Source: Octopus vulgaris
Taxonomy: Eukaryota
Length of the DNA: 64,000 nt
NCBI GenBank assembly: GCA_951406725.2
Contig: OX597814.1
Span: forward strand, 24,366,001-24,430,000
Reading direction: 5' to 3'
The position numbers and the translations under genes are program-made. A model generated the notes under the pieces. That model worked only from the letters and a program-made list of their open reading frames with translations, was not told where the DNA came from and searched no databases. The stretch's first letter is position 1. Every line of letters starts with the position of its first letter. Positions 51,573-64,000 of the stretch are shown here, one piece after another.

Positions 51573-53779
51573 CATATGAAGAGTTTAAATAATTTGTTGT
51601 TACAGGATAATATTAGGTTTGATTGGGTAAATACATTAACTAATATTATCTGCTGTATGGGAGAGGGAGTAACAGTAGCCTAATTGGTTAATATACCTAT
51701 GCACTCACATATACTTACATTGAAATATATCATATATCTATATGTATCTCAGACTGAAGTATGTTATACGGAATAACACTAAAAGAATTTTTCTAAGTTA
51801 CCATGATTTTAATTCTAAGTTATTTTTTAACATTTGAATAGCAACATTTTTAGTATTCTTTTAAATGTATAATGATTTTTAGAAAGCTGGATAAATTATG
51901 CAATTTTTCAAAAGAAAATATATAACAATATTATCTGATTAATAAAAAAATTTTGTTGAATGTAACAAAATATTTTGCTATTCAATATCTTATTTGGTTA
52001 GGTTGGAAGGTTTCTTTTCATAATTGTATTAGATGTATAAACTTGATAATCATGTTTTACATATTTTTTGCATTCTATTTGAAAGAGTTGGGTATTCTGC
52101 TTCAAGATATTTCATTTGAAATTTTGGAGAGGAAGAATGGAAGTAAAATGTTTTGGTAGATAAGGCAGAACAGGAATGCTGAGAGGAAGGGCAAATATAC
52201 TGGGTTGGCTTTGGATCCACTGTTACATTTCTGAACCAATAAATAAAAAACTGAAATGATTCTAATAAATCTATAACACTACACATGCTTTTCTGATAAA
52301 AGCTTCATCAGAAATTTTCACAAACTTGAAATGCTTAACATTAAAATTTCTGATGGCCTTTCTTGTGCTTAAACACACATCTAACATAGTTAAAACTTTA
52401 TCATAAATATTAATTGTTTATAGAATGGTGAAATATTTACATCAGGAAATTTTATGAAACAAAAATGTCTTTGTGTTTCTATAAATACAACAAAGTTCTT
52501 TAGCTTTTTTTTTTTTGACATCATGTTCATAGCATTGCCAGAAAACTGTCATCAAAGTTTGATTCTTTTCTGTTGCTAAAACTAAAGCTAATATAATTAA
52601 TCAAAGAAGAGAACTAGCTTCATCCTTCAATTTTAGATATTTGATGAAGCAGTTTCACTTTTCTATTCATTAGTTTCATTTTTCTGTTAATCAGTTTCAG
52701 TAATTTCTCTAAGCAATATTACATTGTCCAAATGTTGGATATTATATTTTCTTTAAAGAATAAGAAGTATATGCCTAATATTTGGATAACAAAATATATG
52801 TTTCTAAATGATTTATTGCTAGTTTATTTTTGATTAATTTTTACTTTTCTTCATTGCTGAGTTGTAAAGTAAATCCTCAAAAGAATACCTGCAATGAAGT
52901 ACAAATGAAGATGTACAGTATTTTTTGTCTATCATGGGTTTTTTTCTATCTATGGTTCTATACTTTCTTCACATTGAAACTTTCGGTTTTGTAAACTGCA
53001 TTTCTTTAAACAAAAAAACACATCGTTAATCAGACAAATATTGTTAAAAATATAAACCTTTAACCAAATCACATAATATCTTACTTCAACATCTGTAGCT
53101 GCTAGTTTTGTAGTGAAATATTTAATTCCAAGCACAACCAATGAAACACTTGTTATATTCTTCCCAAAGCAACTTGGATTTAATATATCTTCCTCATATA
53201 TGCAAATACAGTTCTTAGTATACTACTCATCAATAATTCTAAATGTTGGATTTTTCTGTAATGTGTTTAATAATAGAAAATCTTTTTATCTTCTTATTTC
53301 TTTACGTTTTACTTTTGCTCAGAAAGTCCCACAGGAAAATAATCAAATATTTTGTGAATGTTATTGTTCTTAAATAATATATTCATCGAAAAATTCTTAA
53401 GATTTGTTGAGTTTACTTTAATGATTTAAATTCCATTCACAAAACCTTCTTCTCTTGGGATTGCTAAATTGACATTAAGCATAACCTATTTCTTGAACCA
53501 ATCAATTTCTAAATCTTATTTTCAGGGACATTTAACCTCTCTTAGCCGAATATAAGCATAATGAAAATAATGTCCTCTGTTTGTCAACATTATGAGTTTA
53601 ATGAGTTGATGGAAAATTTGCTTAGAAAACTTAATTGAATAAGAATTAAATATTCCAATATTTCTTTTAATGTTCTTTTCAGGCTGAGTCAGTTTCCAAG
53701 GATTAAAACATCATAAAATTCTTATAATTAATGAATTCTGTGTCCTCCCTAGGTACTTGAATAAATGTTTGTCTACATA

Positions 53780-53953
53780 GGCGTAGGAGTGGATGTGTGG
53801 TAAGTAGCTTGCTTACGAACCGCATGGTTCCAGCTTCAGCACCACTGCATAGCACCTTGGGCAAGTGTCTTCTATTATAGCCTAGGGCCGGCCAAAGCTT
53901 TGTGAGTGGATTTGGTAGACGGAAACTGGAGGAAGCCCATCGTGTATATATAG

Positions 53954-53989
<36 letters not shown>

Positions 53990-54066
53990 ATATGTTTGTG
54001 TGTCTGTGATTGTCCCCCAACATCACTTGACAACCGATGCTGGTGTGTTTACGTCTCCGTAACTTA
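53780..54066 (+). mobile_element. SINE family A, 3'-truncated
   Basis: Sequence match. Confidence 0.93.
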
Positions 54067-54379
54067 GGGAAGAAGAAGAAGCTCTTCCCTACCAAGAATT
54101 CGCAAAGACCTCAAACCCACAAGAGTAAACAAGAGAGACAGAAACAGGTAGAAACAAGGAAAATGCCACTTGTATTTGAACTCTTTGCAAATATTCTTTT
54201 AAAAAACTTTTTCATTTTTCCAACATTTAATTGTTTTCCATGCTTAAAGTTGAAATAGTCTCAATGACTTAAACCGGTAATGAAATGTTTTTTATAAAAT
54301 TATTTTAGCATTTTCTACCTTGACTTTTTTCCATATATATCAACTCATTTGTTGCTTTTCAACCTTATATATTTATATG

Positions 54380-54552
54380 TAGTCGCCATGATAGATCGTT
54401 AGCGACTCCACACATTTTATTTCTCTCCTTGTTTTTTCTGTGTCCCTTTCTGTAGAAGAGCGTAGGCTCGAAACGTAAAATACTTTTTCTATTCTTGAGC
54501 GTTATACTAATACATATGTTTGTTTTGTACACCACCTGTTTTCGTCTTTTGC
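54380..54552 (+). mobile_element. Repeat family P2, best-preserved copy, with hammerhead-like motif at 54447-54480
   Basis: uuu-CUGUAGA-A-GAGC guag GCUC-GAAA-CG-UA-aaa. Confidence 0.75.
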
Positions 54553-54583
54553 TCCCTGTATATATATATAAAATACCACCTCA

Positions 54584-57160
54584 TTGACGAACGACAGGGA
54601 CCTTCTCTTTGTGGCTGGTGACTTCAATGGGCATGTTGGACAACATGCTGGGAGCTTCCATGGCGTACATGTAGGCTACGGTTATAGTTCCCGCAACGAG
54701 GAGGGAACCAGGCTGCTGGAGTTCTGCGAATCAAATAGTCTTATGGTTTGCAACACTAACTTCAGGAAACCGACAAGCCACCTGGTCACCTACCGATCGA
54801 GCCGGCATACTAGCCAAATCGACTACATCCTTGCCAGAAAAAGGGAAAGATGGCTGCTTATAAATGCCAAAACCTTCCCAGGCGAAGAATGTACTCCACA
54901 ACATAGACTGGTAGTTAGTGACTTTAGGATCAGAACTAAGAGGACGACTAGAAGACGACCAACATGGAGAAGAAGGGTCTGGAAGCTTAAAGACCCTGCG
55001 AATGGATAGAGATTTAGAGACATGTTACTTGAAGCCTACACATGGGGTAGAAGACGAGACGTTTCTAAGGGACAACTTGCTGAAAGCCACTGACCAGATC
55101 TGTGGCTGGTGCAAAGTCCCCTCAAGTCCCAAAATAACGTAGTGGTGGAACAATATTGTTGACAGGGCTATTAGACAAAAGAAACAGGCTTGGAAGGACT
55201 GGAAGAACGGTGGTAGCAGGGATGTGTATCAGACTGCTAGAAGGGAAGCTAGGAGGCAGGTGTATTTAGCCAGAGGGGAAGCAGATAAGAAAAAATTTCC
55301 CAATGTTTTGCGCCGTGAGGATGAAAGACTTGAGGTATTTCGTGTTGCAAGACAGTGTGTGAGAGAGAATTGTGACGTGGTAGGAGAGAAACGTGTTCGC
55401 AAGGATGACGGTTCACTTGCGCTAAATGAGGATGCAAAGAGAGAGGTTTGGAGATGCCCCTATGAAAGGTTGCTGAATGAGGAAAATGAATAGGATAAAG
55501 AGAGTCTGCCAAATGTAGACCCAACAGAGGGACCAGCAATCCGATTTGACAGTTCCTTAGTAGTTAAGGCAATTACAAGCATGAAAACAGGGAAAGCCCC
55601 AGGCCCATTAGGAATTACTGCAGAGATGCCCAAAATATCTGGTAGTGTCGGCTATGAAGGAGTCATACCCAATGACTGATGTAGCAGCATAATAGTCAAC
55701 TGCTACAAAGGTAAAGGTGATGCCCTAGATACAAATAACTACAGGGGTATCAAGCTGCTGGATCAGGTAATGAAGGTTACGGAGAGGGTTATAGCCCAAC
55801 TAATTAGAGAGAGAGTTAGCTTAGATGAGATGCAGTTTGGCTTCGTGCCAGGGAAAAGTACTACTGATGCTATATTCCTGGTAAGACAGCTGCAGGAGAA
55901 ATACCTAGCCAAAGATAAGCCCCTGTACCTGGCTTTTGTTGACATGGAGAAAGGTTTTGACAGGGTCCCCCGATCCCTTATCTGGTGGTCAATGAGGAAA
56001 CTAGGGATAGATGAATGGTTAGTGAGAGCTGTGCGAGCTATGTACAGAGATGCTGCTAGTAAGGTGAGGGTTGACAACGAGTTCAGTGGAGAATTCCGGG
56101 TAGAGGTTGGGTTCCACCAAGGTTCAGTCCTCAGTCCGCTCCTATTTATCGTAGTCCTCCAGGCAATAACGGAGGAATTCAAGACAGGATGCCCCTGGGA
56201 GCTCCTCTATGCTGATGACCTTGCTCTAATTGCTGAGTCACTATCAGAACTGGGGGAGAAGTTTCAGGTGTGGAAGCAAGGATTAGAATCAAAGGGCCTT
56301 AGAATCAACCTAGCTAAAACCAAAGTCCTAATAAGTAGGAAGGTAGACCAATCACAAACGCCTTCAAGTAGATGGCCCTGCTCGATCTGTAAAAAAGGTG
56401 TAGGTAGAAACTCTATAAGGTGCACCAAGTGTAAGCTATGGACACATAAGAGGTGCAGCAATGTCAAAGGAAGGCTAACTAGGAAAATAGTTTTGTCTGT
56501 GGCAGATGCTCAGGAGCAATAAACACTGAAAATGTGCAGAGACCAACTTCTACCACATTCCAGGGAGAAAAACTAGAAGTAGTTGATAGCTTCCGCTACC
56601 TAGGTGACCAAGTCAGTAGCAGGGGTGGGTGTGTTGAAAGTGTAACCGCTAGAGTAAAAATAGCTTGGGTAAAGTTTAGAGAGCTCTTACCCCTGCTGGT
56701 GACAAAAGGCCTCTCGCTCAGAGTAAAAGGCAGGCTGTATGATGCATGTGTACGTACAGCCATGCTACATGGTAGTGAAATATGGGCTGTGACTGCTGAG
56801 GATATGCGTAAGCTCGCAAGAAATGAAGCCAGTATGCTCCGATGGATGTGTAATGTCAGTGTTCATAATCGACAGAGTGTAAGTACCTTGAGAGAAAAGT
56901 TAGACCTAAGAAGCATCAGTTGTGGTGTGCAAGAGAGACGTTTGCGCTGGTATGGTCATGTGACGAGAATGGCTGAAGATAGTTGTGTGCAAAAGTGCCA
57001 CACCCTAGCAGTTGAGGGAACCTGTGGAAGAAGTAGACCCAGGAAAACCTAGGACGAGGTGGTGAAGCACGACCTTCGAACTTTAGGTCTCACTTAGGAA
57101 TTGACTAGAGATCGAGACCTATGGAAGTATGCTGTGCGTGAGAAGACCCGGCAAAACTAG
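54584..57160 (+). pseudogene. RTE ORF2 (APE-RT), disrupted by stops and frameshifts
   Basis: Fragments 54584-55009, 55224-55493, 55770-56522 and 56534-57052 are collinear pieces of one polyprotein. Confidence 0.93.
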
Positions 57161-57359
57161 TGAGACCATAACCTGTGGCCTCTACCTGGTATGTAGCTAG
57201 TCGACTTATACATACCTTTTCTTCTTGGGACACGAAACTCCACTTATGAACACCCGTTGAGGTAAGTGAAAATCAAAATCAAACCAAATCAAATCAGATA
57301 TCAGAAAGCAGAACCAAAATCGAAGCCGATCAACATTAATGGAAATTGCAGCTGTGATA

Positions 57360-57580
57360 CCAGTGCCGGTGACAAGTAAATGAACCATCCGATTGTGGCC
57401 ATTGCCAGCACCACCCCGACTGGCCTCCATGCCGGTGGCATGTAAAAAGCACCATCCGTTCGTGGCCGTTGCCAGCCTCGCCTGGCCCCCGTGCCGGTGG
57501 CACGTAAAAAGCACCATCCGTTCGTGGCCATTGCCAGCTCCGTCTGGCACCTGTGCGGGTGGCACGTAAAAAGCACTCAC
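57360..57580 (+). repeat. ~60-bp tandem subrepeats in the RTE 3' UTR (about 4 units)
   Basis: GTGCCGGTGGCACGTAAAAAGCACCATCCGTTCGTGGCC.TTGCCAGC repeated. Confidence 0.9.
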
Positions 57581-58519
57581 TACACTCACGGAGTGGTTGG
57601 CGTTAGGAAGGGCATCCAGCCGTAGAAACACTGCCAGATCAGACTGGGCCTGAAGCAGCCTTCTGGCTTCACAGACCCAAGTTGAACCGTCCAACCCATG
57701 CTAGTATAGAAAGCGGACGCTAAATGATGATGATGATATACATGCGTGCTTGTTTGTATTTATGTTTGTGTGTCTGATGTTTGAGCAGTGTTGTTCTATT
57801 TTTGGCACTTCTCCTTTCATTTGTTTGCCCTCTCCACTCGGACTCAGTTTTTGCTGATGTGTGGAACAATAGATCTCTCACTTGAGCAGCAGAGAATAGC
57901 TAGTATCAGAAACAGCATCTTGCTGTAATGACTCATTAACATGTTATATATGTTACACCTATATATATTGTATGTGTGTGAGTGTACATTTGTGTGTGCA
58001 TTCATGTGCACATGCATGTGTGTATGTATGTATATAACCATCATCATCATCAGTAGTGCCTTTTTATATCTACTCCTCCATGTTCAGACAAAAGAAAATT
58101 ATTTATTTGAAAATATGTCTGAGTTGGCGACAGAAAAAGCATCCAACAATAGAAATCTGCATCACTAAATCATGTATACATGGAGTAGTAGACGTTTTCC
58201 TCCAAGGTGATGATCAGTGAGATTGAACCCAGAACCACCACACAATTATTCCTGCATCTCTATATTACAAATATTTCTTGTAGTTTTAATTATTATTTGA
58301 TATTTTTGGAAAATGGATGGTTGATTTAATCCATTATAGTTTAACACTACCATCTAGCTCTTGACTGACTTTAGAAGGGTCCACTCTGTTGCAAATATTC
58401 AGTCCTTGTTTCAGTCTGAGGATTATTTTCTTTCTTTCCTCCCATCAGCCAAAGAACTCCTAAAAATTATAATGAGCATTATTTTTCCTTTTCTGACTTA
58501 TCCATTAATAAAAAATCCG

Positions 58520-58700
58520 TTTCTGATTTAGGCATAAGACCTGCATTTTCATGGGTAAGTGGTTAGTTAATTACATAGACTCCATTATCTGATTAGTACT
58601 TGACTCAACACTGGAAGACGAAAAGAAAAGTTGATCCCAGTGAGATTTGAACTCAGAGCATAAGGGACTGAAAGAAATATGACACATCATTTTGTTTAAA
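58520..58700 (-). mobile_element. SINE family B, old
   Basis: gaaaagaaaagttga..gatttgaactcagag. Confidence 0.55.
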
Positions 58701-60546
58701 CATTTTAAAAATCCACATGGTATGCCACTGTTTCTTAGACTATAAGCTTATTTTTGAGAATTTCAGATAAATCTAAAGCTAGTAAATTAAATGCACATGC
58801 TAAATTAAAATAATAATTGTAACTCTTCATTTGAAGCATAGTGTAAGGGAATCTTATTTTCAGTAAATTTATTTTGCTGAAAGAAAAAAAAAAAATTGTA
58901 CTTCTGACTTGTAGCTACTTCATGGTGTCTTTTATTTTTATGTTTCTTCTGGGTGTTCATAATGTTTTCAGCTTACCATCTTTTATCTACATGGGTAATT
59001 TTGTTTTTATCTAAGTGTCCATGAGTAATTAACTCTTGAAACACATTCCCCGAATGAAGTATTCTGTAAGGGAAAATTTATGAGCAATTGTCAGTCTTTG
59101 AGATCAGAGCCACTAAAGAATCGGTATTGCTAGTGGCGAAAACTTCTATGACCATTTCTCACTCTTGTGATTTCTTTCTCATTATTTTCCCATTCCTTTC
59201 ATTTTCTTTACCTCACTCTCTTTTTAACCTTGTTTTGCCATATCAATATTCTTACATTCATATTACTTTCTTTTCATTCTTATATTTTGTATGTTCCCAT
59301 TTCCTTATTGCCTCCTTTACAATGGTTTTGTTTTGACCAGGCTCTGGTCAGAGTGCATTCTTTCTACAAAATTCTTCCAATATTAGTTTGTCCTTGGGGT
59401 ATTCTCTTGAATATAAATTCTGCTAAATGACATTTCCACTAGTGTTATTGTTAGCAATATAGAAGGCTCTTATGAATGCTCTCCTGCTGGCCAAAGGAAA
59501 TCTGGCAAGCTGTTTAAGTAATTCTACTTCTACAGTGACCAGACATTTTTGCAATGTGACCATGAATTGGAAATGTACAAGGAGAAGCTGAACTATCGTT
59601 GGTTGCTGTAGATGGCCATGGTGGTGCCTACAATATTGTTGTTGCTGTTGATGCTGTTTGTCTCATCATAGTGAATCACATTAGATATGATTGATAGGCT
59701 TTGGCTGTTAAATAATAACATTATCTTTTGTAGAAGATTCATACTAGAAAGGAAAAAAAATCATAGAGGAAAAGGACAATTTATCTTTGCCATGTTACAG
59801 CAAGGCTTTATAAAGAGAAGACAAAAAAATAAATAAATAACAACCATAAAGTAAAATACATGAAAAGAAGGGAATTATATAGAACTTTGTGAAACTTCAC
59901 TTATTTCTTTACTTAATAGACAACTTTGCTTGCAGCAATCTCTATTGGAAACCAGTCACCGTCAACATAAGTTATTTCAGATGTATTTATGAATAGCTCG
60001 ATACGCATTGCTTTCCAAGGACCATGACTTCTGCATAAATCCTTTATACTTAATGAACATTTCATATTTTGTCACTTTCTAACAAGAAAGAAGTAAAAAA
60101 ATCCACCAAAATAGCAATCACAGATTGCATTTTCCAGGGCATGCATAAATATTCAATTACACAGCAATAGATTGCTGCAAATATAGTATTTTTCACGTTG
60201 TGCTCCAAGGACAAGACAAGCCCACTGAATGTTTAGCTCAATTATAATGTGTTTGAAAGAGACAAAGTGAGAGAAATATAGGGAAAAGACTTTTAATTCA
60301 TCTTTAAAATGAAAGACATAACAATGACTGAGTTGACAAAATGTTAGCTTCAACATTTAGATAGTATGTTCATAGTTCAATAAAGATACTGCACTGATTC
60401 TTAAACAGACCTACTTCCGTATAACTCCCAACAAATTAAATGTCAAAATACTGATGTTTTGAAATGGCTGCTGACAAGTGGTGCAAAACTCAGAGACCAC
60501 CGTCAAAAGGTTTTTGGCTTATAATTAGTCAAATAGCAATGAATAA

Positions 60547-60823
60547 TCTGCTGTGTCTGGGGAGAGTAATTTATTTTTTGTGCCTTATAATGTAACACAC
60601 TCACCAGTAAATTTTCCACTTATTTCTTATTTTTATTTTGCTAAAATTTTCGTTGCGTCTTGCAACCTTTTCAATAGTCTTGACTCTCAAGACTATTGAA
60701 AAGGTTGCAAGATGCAACGAAAATTTCAGGAAAATAAAAATAAGAAATAAGTGGAAAATTTACCTGTGAGTGTGTTACATTATAAGGCACAAAAAGAAAA
60801 TGACTCTCCCCAGACACAACAGA
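60547..60823. repeat. Long near-perfect palindrome (137-bp arms, 3-nt loop) at the end of repeat family P3
   Basis: Arms 60547-60683 and 60687-60823; centre ..GTCTTGA-ctc-TCAAGAC.. Confidence 0.95.
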
Positions 60824-61641
60824 CTATGCTTCAACACACGAACTCATATAAAGAATCTTGCAAACCAAATCCCAAAACGAAAATTAATGAATAACATTCA
60901 GTAAAATACCAGACATTACGTATAGGTCGCTATGCTATTTATCTTTTAGAAATGACTAGTATAATGATAGGTTTATATTATTAACTTTGGGCTGACACTG
61001 TAATAGTGAACAACTGAGCTTACATTGTCAGTAGATGTTATTCAATTTATCATGAAGCAGAAAGCACTACGTAAGATTATTTAAAGAAAAGAGATGCTCC
61101 ATGAGGAACATGATAAGAATTATGGAAGAAAAGACAGCAAGACTAAAATTATTGTTCGAAATTCTGATTGAATCCAATCTCTATATTGTTTTTTTTTATT
61201 GTTGTATTTGATGTTACAGATATGAAAATCAGAAACAATAATGTAAACCAGGTACAAATTATTAAATTAAATTTGTGTAGTTGATGGTGATTCGTTAAAT
61301 GAAGTCAGTGAATGATGTACTTTTTGTCAAAAGTTGCATTTTCTGGGGAGTAGGATGTATTTGATGTTTTGTGTGCAGATTGGTACTGGTTGTTTTTGCC
61401 AGAATGCTAGAAATTTCTTTTTAAAAGAGTGGTCTATTACTTAAGCTACATTTATCTAAATCTGTATAAATTAATTTGCTACCATAGAATTAAAAGGTTA
61501 TCTGCTTATAATCTCTACAAATTTTGTAAGGATACTATGTCAAATGAATGTCACATAATTCTCTGAAACTCCTGGTATAATTTGTGTGTGTGTGTATATG
61601 TGTATGTGTGTACACACATATGTAGATATATATTTATACAC

Positions 61642-62020
61642 GTGGTAAGTAGCTTCTTTACCAACCACATGGTTCCGGGTTCAGTCCTACTGCATGGCAC
61701 CTTGGGCAAGTGTCTTCTACTATAGCCTCGGGCCGACCAAAGCCTTGTGAGTGGATTTGGTAGACGGAAACTGAAAGAAGCCCGTCGTATATATGTATAT
61801 ATATGCATGTGTGTGTTTGTGTGTCTGTTTGTCCCCCTAGCATTGCTTGACAACCGATGCTGGTGTGTTTGTCCCCCTTACTTAGCGGTTTGGCAAAAGG
61901 ACCGATAGAATAAGTACTGGGCTTAAAAAAGAATAAGTCCCGGGGTCGAGTTGCTCAATTAAAGGCGGTGCTCCAGCATGGCCGCAGTCAACTGACTGAA
62001 ACAAGTAAAAGAGATAAAAG
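61642..62020 (+). mobile_element. SINE family A, near full length
   Basis: Sequence match. Confidence 0.95.
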
Positions 62021-62539
62021 ATATATATATATATATCAATTTGCTCCTTTGTGTTTGTGTGTTTGTGTATTCGTGTGTACGTGTGTTTGTCTGTGACTGT
62101 GTGTGATATTCAAATTTGTCCTTTAATGAATTTTGCTTTAGAAAGCAAAACTCCAATTGAAATGTTCAAACGTAGGATTTCCATCAATGTTTGCTTTGAA
62201 ACAGGGGAAGAATATTTTGACAAGTAATATTTTAGTAAAATTACATTTTTGTTTCTTTGATATCAATATATATTGCCTGATAGAAAACTATTTCATATCC
62301 TGAAGAGTGCTTTTGCAATGGGCCTGTCCTCACCCCATTAAAAGGAGGAGGAGTAAAAATATTTATGCATCATATCTACGAATATACTGATATTTTCAAA
62401 ATGGTTAAATTGATTTGTTTTGCAATATTGTTACAAAAGCGTTTACAGTAGCCTTCAGAGAGTTCACGATATATAGGAAGGTTTTTCTCATAAATTGATT
62501 TCTCCTCTCTTTTGATGCTAAAAATAAAATTATATGTAT

Positions 62540-63437
62540 GCATCTATGTATATATAACTATGTATACAAATGCATCAATATATATATATATGTATGTGTT
62601 TGTGTGAGTGAGTGTTTATCTCTATCTAACCCTCTCACTCTTTCTATATATGTATGTTTGTGCATGTGTGTGTGTGTGTGTGTATACATGCACATATAAT
62701 ACAAATATATATATATATATATATATATTTGTATGTAATATATAAATATATATATATATATAATCATATATATATATATATATATATATATAACTATGAG
62801 TGGGTGTATAAATCTTTTTGTATATAAATAGATATATGAATGTATGCATGCTTGTGTATGTACACGTGTGTGTGCATGCATACATGTGTGTGTGTGACAT
62901 AGTAAAAAGAAGAATAACTTTATATCAAATAATTTGTATAAAAATATTGATTACGTCTTTTACTGAAACAAATTACATAAACTGGAAGATATCAGTTTTC
63001 AGTCTGCCATTTTAAAAGTTATTGACAGAAATATATATGTAAATGGAAAATTGTTCATATAGCATATAAGACTGAAGAAATGTCTTTGCATGTATGCACA
63101 TGAAGACACATGCACACACACATACACACACTCACTTGCATATGGATATATGTATATATATATATGTATATGCATATATATGTAGATGCATATGCATATA
63201 TATGAATGTAGATAGTTATATACATATAAATGAATGTATGTATATATGTATATATATATGTATGTATATATGTATATGCATATATATGAATGTAGATATT
63301 TATACCCATATGAATGTATGTATATATATATATACACATACACATTTACATATGTGTGTACATACATATGTGTGTGTGTGTATATATATGTATATATATA
63401 TATAATCATTTAACGTCCGTTTTTCGATGATATATAG

Positions 63438-63479
<42 letters not shown>

Positions 63480-63480
63480 T
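62540..63480. repeat. Degenerate (TA)/(TG)/(CA) microsatellite fields
   Basis: Direct reading. Confidence 0.9.
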
Positions 63481-64000
63481 CAATTTCATATATGTAGACA
63501 GGTATCATAGAGATTCTTTGCAATAAACAACTTTAAATTGTGTGGGCATTTGTGAATAAATACATAATGTCTGTGGATATACACACACCTATAAACCTGC
63601 TCATATTTATTTAATATAAAGATTCAGTTAACTGGAAAGAGAGGCAAAATCGTAGTACTCCTGCTGGGAAAATGACCATGCTTTATATGCAGAATAGTAT
63701 TGGGTAGGAAAGAATTTAGCACAATTGTTTACCAGTTGTGATCTATGGATGTATGAGAGTGCTATGATAAAATGAATCTGGTAAGCTTTACAAGGTGGAT
63801 GGTGATATGAAGAGAATCAAGTTATAGAAACTATGCAAAATATATGTAATTGACTTGCTACATGACAATGTGTTCAACCAATGTTAGCATGAACAAGTGG
63901 ATACAAAATGATGATGATATGTATGAATGCATGCAAGTTTGTGTGTCTGCATGCACACATGTACATGCATGTATATATATTATATATATATATGTGTGTG

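Larger units (their letters stand above)
54577..57735 (+). mobile_element. RTE-clade LINE, 5'-truncated, inactivated
   Basis: APE endonuclease motifs (GDFNGHVG, SQIDYIL, QHRLV), RT motifs (QFGF, FVDMEKGFD, QGSVLSP, YADD), C-terminal LRWYGHV..R, a 3' UTR and a (GAT)n tail. Confidence 0.97.

Noticed and set aside
55763-56182. 139-aa minus-strand ORF; also 57206-57694
   Set aside because: Antisense shadow of the RTE RT and of the 3' UTR tandem repeats.

Overview
AT-rich eukaryotic DNA, dense in microsatellites and repeats. The SINE/LINE content resembles an octopus (coleoid cephalopod) genome; this is inference from repeat families. I can support no intact host protein-coding gene, so the window looks intronic or intergenic. 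It contains many tRNA-derived SINEs of at least four families, a 5'-truncated and mutated RTE LINE (54580-57735) with a PHD-like finger after the RT, four R4/Dong-like RLE retrotransposon 3' fragments mostly in (TAA)n, Penelope-like remnants (RT, GIY-YIG, pseudo-LTRs), hAT, piggyBac and pogo MITEs, and Helitron/Helentron ends. The most notable signal is a set of minimal type I hammerhead-ribozyme motifs in at least two, possibly four, unrelated repeat families. The clearest is in a young 384-bp non-coding fold-back element with a 14-bp target-site duplication (36493-36876); a diverged sister copy at about 13.2 kb shows stem covariation. Also notable are a tRNA-like Pol III cassette enclosed in ~78-bp inverted repeats (9490-9713) and several long DNA hairpins. 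All alignments and folds were read by eye, and boundaries of old repeats are approximate.
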